Source: a virus (taxonomy: Duplodnaviria > Caudoviricetes). Taken from it: a stretch of 52,879 nt of DNA. Below, piece after piece: positions 47,547 to 52,879 of the stretch (its first letter is position 1; the number at the start of each line of letters is the position of its first letter). The notes under the pieces are model-generated. The model was not told the DNA's origin, searched no databases, and saw only the letters and a list, made by a program, of their open reading frames with translations. The stretch covers positions 1 to 52,879 of IMG/VR virus record IMGVR_UViG_3300010222_000005; one strand, 5' to 3'. A program made the translations under genes and the position numbers.

Positions 47547-47780
47547 TTTTATTTGCAAGGAAACAGCGTAAGCTCGTTCGACGGCAGCTGGAAGTTTGGC
47601 GATATCTCTGTCGGAGTGCTGTGATGTTCCGCATTCCGGACAAGTCCAAGGGTCTCCCGGCGTCGATTGCTCTGAGCCACAATTCATACAGATTCGGGGA
47701 GCAGGGTTTATTGTCCCATAGCGAAGATGCACTGGCTCCCCGTACTGTCGTTTAGCACCGCCTGAGGACTGCTCGCTCAT
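47508..47780 (-). CDS. CPxCG cassette protein
   Basis: Starts MSEQSSGGAKR; CMNCG...CPECG; ends QSLDTDNKREDA. Confidence 0.75.
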   Translation of the reverse strand: MSEQSSGGAKRQYGEPVHLRYGTINPAPRICMNCGSEQSTPGDPWTCPECGTSQHSDRDIAKLPAAVERAYAVSLQIKQSLDTDNKREDA

Positions 47781-47986
47781 CCGTTGACCACCTCGCACTT
47801 ACGCCCGGCGGTCCCGTTCAGGTTGAGCCACATCTCCGTGTGCTCGTCACAGTAACTCATTTTGATCATCGTCGTTTCGATTTCGCCAGTTACACTTTTG
47901 TAATGAGATTCCATGTGGAGTGTCGTGGTTGAGTCGTCGTGACATTTGACTGTGGCGCACTCCTCCCGTTCAGTATTGTCACTCAT
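47777..47986 (-). CDS. Cys/His cassette protein
   Basis: MSDNTER; CATVKC...YCDEH. Confidence 0.7.
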   Translation of the reverse strand: MSDNTEREECATVKCHDDSTTTLHMESHYKSVTGEIETTMIKMSYCDEHTEMWLNLNGTAGRKCEVVNG

Positions 47987-48158
47987 CCGAGCGGTCACCT
48001 TCCTTCTGAATTATATATTCGGCAATCCCCTCTAACTCCTCTTTAGTAAAAAATCCGGGCTTCTCCATTGACTGACCAATTTTAGCAATCCGGTTTATAT
48101 TGTCTCTGATCTCTTGGACTGTCTGTTCAGCCTTATCCATGGATTTATCACCTGACAT
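47979..48158 (-). CDS. AT-rich 59-aa cassette protein
   Basis: Hand translation MSGDKSMDKAEQTVQEIRDNINRIAK...FTKEELEGIAEYI...GDRSDE. Confidence 0.6.
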   Translation of the reverse strand: MSGDKSMDKAEQTVQEIRDNINRIAKIGQSMEKPGFFTKEELEGIAEYIIQKEGDRSDE

Positions 48159-48184
48159 CAGTAGATCACCGCCCAGTCACTATC

Positions 48185-48241
48185 GCCTGAGACTTGACTG
48201 TTAAACACTGTCGCTCACCTCCTCGGACCGCTCATTATCCG
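48185..48241. repeat. 57-bp gene-junction repeat J1, copy 2
   Basis: 56/57 identical to 46731-46787. Confidence 0.95.
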
Positions 48242-48449
48242 TGTCAACAGAACGGTCGTATCGCCCTGCTTCCCCGTCGGAAGTATATTCAGGCTTCCCG
48301 ACGTTCTGAACGTTCCGCACGCCGAACGCCTGGCCGTCGCGACCGTATCCGCAGCGATTACACTCCGAGGCGTTCTGGTGGTTCTTCGCGCCACAGTCTG
48401 CGCACCACATGTGCCATTTATTGGCGATGTGGTGGCGTTTCGTCGTCAT
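48201..48449 (-). CDS. Zn-ribbon cassette protein
   Basis: CADCGAKN...CNRCGY; ends DRSVDTDNERSEEVSDSV. Confidence 0.75.
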   Translation of the reverse strand: MTTKRHHIANKWHMWCADCGAKNHQNASECNRCGYGRDGQAFGVRNVQNVGKPEYTSDGEAGRYDRSVDTDNERSEEVSDSV

Positions 48450-49114
48450 GCTATCACCGCCCCGCACCGCCCGCAGCAGTGCCCGTGATCGAGAGTTACC
48501 ACTGCCTCGTTACAGTCGCACTCGGAATAGGCCCAGACCGTCACGTCGCGGCGTCGGTCGTCACGGCCACGGTTGATGATGGCCGCCTCACCGACCGCCT
48601 CGTGGCGAGTCTCGAAGGCCTGCGAGTGGTCGATGCCGTAGTACCATTTGACCTGTCCGCCGCGGTCAGTACCGGCTGAGCACCTACCGCCGTCGGTCAC
48701 GAAACCACGGTCAAGGTCGAGGTCGCCCCGCTCAAACGCGCGCCAGTGGTGGATGCAGAGGTAGTCGTACGGATCATTTGGACCGCCGTACGTCCCGAGG
48801 AGCCCGGGCCGACCAAGGTCTGGCTCCTCGCCACAGTAGTTGCAGGTCCGTTCGGTCTCCGCGTCTACAGAACGGCTCTTTCGGTCATTGGTTGCTTCAA
48901 GTAAGGTTAGCTGGGTGGTGGACTCATCAGCCTCGCGTTTTGCGATTGGTCCATTACTGTTCCAAATCTCGACTCCGCGAACATGTGGATCAACTGCTTT
49001 GTGATCTCCTTCGTGTCCCGACCGCCGGACGCATTTATTCCCGTTTTCGTTCTCTTCAAGACAGGTTGGTGGCACTTCTGACAGCGTCTCAACAAACTTA
49101 TTTTCAATCGTCAT
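48446..49114 (-). CDS. Three-domain fusion of Cys/His cassettes
   Basis: Domains separated by internal junction peptides RSVDAETER and TDGGRCSAGTDR. Confidence 0.75.
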   Translation of the reverse strand: MTIENKFVETLSEVPPTCLEENENGNKCVRRSGHEGDHKAVDPHVRGVEIWNSNGPIAKREADESTTQLTLLEATNDRKSRSVDAETERTCNYCGEEPDLGRPGLLGTYGGPNDPYDYLCIHHWRAFERGDLDLDRGFVTDGGRCSAGTDRGGQVKWYYGIDHSQAFETRHEAVGEAAIINRGRDDRRRDVTVWAYSECDCNEAVVTLDHGHCCGRCGAVIA

Positions 49115-49260
49115 TTGAATGTCGACCTCCCCACCAGCTTCGATGTTGTCTCGAGGCAGTCCTCGCAGGTCAACACAAGCCGTCCATTACTGACGCTGTA
49201 CGAGACATCCCCACTATCGCATTCAGGGCAGGTCAAAAATCGTTCTACACTATCTGTCAT
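49111..49260 (-). CDS. CPxC microprotein
   Basis: MTDSVER; CPEC...CEDC. Confidence 0.7.
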   Translation of the reverse strand: MTDSVERFLTCPECDSGDVSYSVSNGRLVLTCEDCLETTSKLVGRSTFK

Positions 49261-49439
49261 TCTATCAACACCCCACATTCGGGGCAAAGCCATTGCATCT
49301 CTCCGACCGAGTTCTCAACAGACTCCATCGGCGTCGGCTTGTGCGGCTGTCTGCTGCCATCGAAGTCCACATCCACCCCGTGGCAGATTCGTTCATTACC
49401 GCTACTGTCATGACCGGTTGGGCCATTGCTAGCTGTCAT
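49257..49439 (-). CDS. CPxCG microprotein
   Basis: Starts MTASNGPTGHDSSGNER; WLCPECG. Confidence 0.7.
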   Translation of the reverse strand: MTASNGPTGHDSSGNERICHGVDVDFDGSRQPHKPTPMESVENSVGEMQWLCPECGVLIE

Positions 49440-49479
49440 GTTAGACAACGTCTTGATGGTTAGCTGTGCCTACTGATTG
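49389..49479. repeat. 91-bp degenerate gene-junction repeat J2, copy 2
   Basis: Matches 47456-47546. Confidence 0.85.
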
Positions 49480-49833
49480 AGCGAGTCGATCCGCGTGCTC
49501 GGCGATCACCTCTGCGTGGCAGGCTGGGTCATCATTGTCGAGCGACTGGCACCAGCACCCGAGAGTCGTCCCTGAGAGGTTACGGACGGCCTCTCTAAAC
49601 TCGTCGTCACCTCGGAGACGAGATTCGAAGTCGTCGCGGAACAAGTCGATAGACTCGGATCTGGTGTATCCGTCGTCGAGCGGATGTGGGTTCCCAAGCC
49701 ACCCGCGAGAACCTATCTCTGTGTTACTCATCGACCGACCACCAGTACCGCGACCGACGTACACATGCGTTTCGTCTCGCTTGCAGTGACCGATTCGGGT
49801 CCGTTCAGTACCGCTTGTGGATTGTTCAGTCAC
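49441..49833 (-). CDS. DUF4326 domain protein (first cassette of the array)
   Basis: VYVGRG...LGNP...LSGTTLGCWC...ACHAEVI; starts MTEQSTSGTER. Confidence 0.88.
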   Translation of the reverse strand: MTEQSTSGTERTRIGHCKRDETHVYVGRGTGGRSMSNTEIGSRGWLGNPHPLDDGYTRSESIDLFRDDFESRLRGDDEFREAVRNLSGTTLGCWCQSLDNDDPACHAEVIAEHADRLAQSVGTANHQDVV

Positions 49834-49871
49834 AATAGTTCACACTCTTTTGCGTGGATAAGCATGCCTCG

Positions 49872-49885
49872 AATATATAAATAGG
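49872..49885 (-). promoter_or_regulatory. TATA box for the leftward cassette operon
   Basis: TTTATATA on the minus strand about 40 nt upstream of GTG 49833. Confidence 0.6.
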
Positions 49886-50683
49886 GGAGGATCATCACTT
49901 ATTATTCGGTGTCATTGAGGTATCCTTCTCCGAGGTCATGGATTGAAACAGGCCTGAGTCACGACTCTCCTATGAGAAAAATGCCGTCGCCGATGTCGGA
50001 CTGTAGTGAACCAACCCCTACCTGCTCAGCAAGGCCGCCAATAAGGAAGAGCCGCGTGAGCGGCCCCAACCAACCCGAATGGGTCTTTAGGAGGGTCCCC
50101 GAGGATGCGCCATGGTCTTCGGTTTGGCCGTAATATTGGGTCCAGTAACCAGCTTTTCCCTTGTGGCCAAACGTTGAATCATAGCGCAGATGGGGCTAAG
50201 GCCCGGTGGGCATATTAATGTTTGAGTGCTGAGGTGAAAGTCCAAAATCGAGATATTGAGCCGGTATTTGTCTTATCAAATTTTTTCTATATGTGCGGAT
50301 AGAATGTTAGCAAATGTTAGTTAATCGGTGGCTCGGAATGGTCAGACCGTGCATCGAGCCCGGTTTGAGAGCCAAGTGCTGATTTAGCAGGTGAACTAGA
50401 TGGTGAGTCGGAGCCACAGACGTATTTTATCCGCTGTTGATACCTATGGACACGGTCGAGGGCGTCCGAAGCGAGAGTAGAGACGCCATTCATCGGTTAT
50501 GTACACCGTCGGGTCTTTAGCCGGGTCTGGTTCGTAGATACGAGAGCGTCGCGGCTCACGCTGAGAAATGCCGCAGTCTTATGCGTGACAAAAGACAGTA
50601 TCTCATCTGTCGACCCGCATGCAGTTGATGGCGTTACTCATTCAGAGCTGCGAAAGAAATCAGTCCAAACTAATTCCTATAGA

Positions 50684-50744
50684 TGTTGCACTAATAACTA
50701 CAACAAGATTTAAGTGGGTTGGTGTTGTATTACTAAGTACAACA
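50684..50744 (+). promoter_or_regulatory. Promoter flanked by two 22-bp palindromic operators
   Basis: TGTTGCA-N8-TACAACA (50684-50705) and TGTTGTA-N8-TACAACA (50723-50744) either side of TTTAAG. Confidence 0.75.
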
Positions 50745-50756
50745 GAGGATATCATA

Positions 50757-52133
50757 ATGGTTGCACCCAACGTCACTCTGAATGGCGACGACGACAGTAA
50801 GTACCCAAGTCCGGACGATGACGACAGCGAGTATCTAAAGGCGATGACCGACGGCGGCGTCAACGAATTCTCAACCGAGATTCACATCGATTATCTTGCA
50901 GCGTTCTCCGATGAAGTTGACGAACAAACGGTTGATGCGACAGTCACTCGCGACGACGAACTGGTCAAAATCGAAACGCCAGAAAATGAACTCCGTCTCC
51001 GGCCGAACGAAGAACACGGCATCGTCCATCTGTACTCGGAATATGATCGTGAGGAATTTACCCACAGCCAGCTTGCACACCTTCGATACCGTGGTAACGA
51101 GAACCGTATCTCCGTCAGCTGGAAACACGCCGACCAGAATGTTGACTCGATTACCCTCTGTGATAGTGCCTACCAGTTGGTATTGAATGTTCTCGACGAT
51201 GTCCGGCAGGCACAGAACCACTTGACGGTCGAGCAAGTTCATAACGTGACCAGCGTCGAAATTCCCGCGCTCCCATTAGTCGTGACTGAAACACCGGTCA
51301 CACGTGGAACTGGGACTGGTCGTCAGACTAGCACGGAACTGGTTGTCGAACCCGATTCTGCTGCGGATGTCGATAGTGAGGAATGGAAGCAATGGCGAAC
51401 GATTGTGCAGCGAGCCGGACACCATCAATTTACACATTTTAAAGACCACATGTGGCCCCCAGAGGGAGAGGGCTATGAGGAGGGTGATCGGCTGACTCTC
51501 CACGAGTACATCAATGAATGGCACGCCATCGACGCCGGCGATGTGGCGAGCGAAGCTGAACTCGCTGAGCTGGAACTTGAGACTGACCTCTCAGTCGGAG
51601 ATTTTGTGACGGTTGCCAACGGCCGTCATCGTGATGACCTAACCGAGCGCCAAGGCGTTATTCGTGACGTTGAGGAATCTCGCGCAGAGATCACATGGGA
51701 CGGACATAGTTGGTCAACACTCAGACGCGACGACGACGGCCAGCTCCGAGTGGGCCGGGCGGGGGGTTACTCCCCGGTCCGCGACCTAGAAGTTCATCCC
51801 GACCCCGCAGAGATTGCCGACGAACTCTCCGACGTCAGAGAGAATGTCATGGAGTCTATGGAGGTCGACCAACAGGCGAACACCTACGATGTAGCAGTCG
51901 AGCGAACGTGGGAAACTAGTGGTGCTGTCGAAGCAGACCGGGCGAGCGACCTCCATGCAGAGGTTACTGTTGACGGACCAGGGCTCACTGATCCGGTAAC
52001 CGTCCACTGTCGCAACGCATTCGATTTCGGCTGGACGGCGAATATCAAGGGCGACCTCGACGAAGACACAGCGGCGGCCGTGAAACGAGCGGTTCGTAAT
52101 AACAGCCCGATCCCGACCGGGGTACGGTTATGA
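50757..52133 (+). CDS. Multidomain hypothetical protein
   Basis: Acidic, 458 aa from ATG 50757; KOW/SH3-like segment (LSVGDFVTVANG). Confidence 0.8.
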   Translation: MVAPNVTLNGDDDSKYPSPDDDDSEYLKAMTDGGVNEFSTEIHIDYLAAFSDEVDEQTVDATVTRDDELVKIETPENELRLRPNEEHGIVHLYSEYDREEFTHSQLAHLRYRGNENRISVSWKHADQNVDSITLCDSAYQLVLNVLDDVRQAQNHLTVEQVHNVTSVEIPALPLVVTETPVTRGTGTGRQTSTELVVEPDSAADVDSEEWKQWRTIVQRAGHHQFTHFKDHMWPPEGEGYEEGDRLTLHEYINEWHAIDAGDVASEAELAELELETDLSVGDFVTVANGRHRDDLTERQGVIRDVEESRAEITWDGHSWSTLRRDDDGQLRVGRAGGYSPVRDLEVHPDPAEIADELSDVRENVMESMEVDQQANTYDVAVERTWETSGAVEADRASDLHAEVTVDGPGLTDPVTVHCRNAFDFGWTANIKGDLDEDTAAAVKRAVRNNSPIPTGVRL

Positions 52134-52393
52134 ATGATGAGACTACGTTTCGAGTCGAATTTATCACCGGCGAGACAGTCGACATGGGATTTGAGGATGA
52201 GGCTGCGGAGTCACTTCGAACCCTGCTTCCACAGGCAACAACAATACTTGGCTGTCCCGACTGCGGTGATCTCGCCCCCGTGACTGGCGGCATCCCAAAG
52301 CGAGAGATGCCTCAGTGCGCGCGCTGTGAAGACGAGTTGACTGGCGTCACGGAGGTCCACGAGCTTGATTTGGAGGAGGACACTGATGAGTGA
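52130..52393 (+). CDS. CPxCG Zn-ribbon protein
   Basis: CPDCG...CARC. Confidence 0.75.
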   Translation: MNDETTFRVEFITGETVDMGFEDEAAESLRTLLPQATTILGCPDCGDLAPVTGGIPKREMPQCARCEDELTGVTEVHELDLEEDTDE

Positions 52394-52631
52394 GACGGAA
52401 CCTGAGGACTGGCGCGAGCGGGCGGCACAGCTCCGTGAGCACGGTGTTCCAGACCAGCGGGCCAACGTTGCCGCGCTCCGAGAACAGGGGCGTTCTTACA
52501 GCGAGATTGCATCAGAACTCGGGTTTGGGGCGGACAACGACGACCGTTCTCAGGTCAAATACCACATCGATGCGTATCGAAGCCACCGAGAAGACGCTGA
52601 ATGGCTCGTCGAACACGGACCGACGCTATGA
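52386..52631 (+). CDS. HTH DNA-binding protein
   Basis: ALREQGRSYSEIASELG...RSQVKYHI; GGAGGA upstream. Confidence 0.8.
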   Translation: MSETEPEDWRERAAQLREHGVPDQRANVAALREQGRSYSEIASELGFGADNDDRSQVKYHIDAYRSHREDAEWLVEHGPTL

Positions 52632-52879
52632 CACCCTCTGCGCCGTGAACGGCGATACTCTCTCCCTAAATTAGGTAGCAATTTTGGACCGATTTATGCA
52701 GTTGCATGAGTTTAACCCCGATCGATAGTGGGACGTAAGCGCCGCATCGATGAAGACGAAGTCCCCCTGGGACGCCGGCGCGCACCCTCGAAGCCGGTCA
52801 ACGCTGCGAAGGGCCCGATGAGCAAAACGGCTGGGAAAGAACCGGGGGCTCGGTTGGTGGTGAGGGCATGCTTCATTCC

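Noticed and set aside
49960-50213. Minus-strand frame with an early in-frame TAG (possible pseudogene or readthrough)
   Set aside because: The translation resembles nothing I recognise; not enough support.
52744-52760. GCATCGATGAAGA resembling 5.8S rRNA
   Set aside because: Short chance match with no surrounding rRNA similarity.

Overview
This window is most of the genome of a haloarchaeal tailed dsDNA virus. The evidence is GC-rich DNA, very acidic proteins, many CxxC microproteins, archaeal TATA promoters and overlapping ATGA/GTGA gene junctions. It is siphovirus-like: terminase, DUF1073-type portal, gp7/MuF, protease/scaffold, HK97-type capsid, neck proteins, tail tube, a frameshifting tail chaperone, tape measure and a beta-helix receptor-binding protein, with no sheath. 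It carries a RepH-like initiator, a ParA plus partner and only a deleted remnant of a tyrosine integrase, so it probably persists as a plasmid prophage. The most unusual feature is the leftward array of small, mostly Zn-finger genes at about 46.0-49.8 kb. Their unrelated bodies are joined by recurring, frame-preserving junction repeats (peptides RS[LV]xxDNER and [ST]GT[ED][RQ]; minus-strand DNA core roughly CGG(A)TA[CA]TGA[ACG]C). The first 55 bp of the window duplicate 47188-47242 and diverge exactly at one of these cores, so the same gene segment is attached to two different upstream partners. This looks like a gene/domain-cassette shuffling system. All family assignments come from motif recognition by eye; no database search was run.
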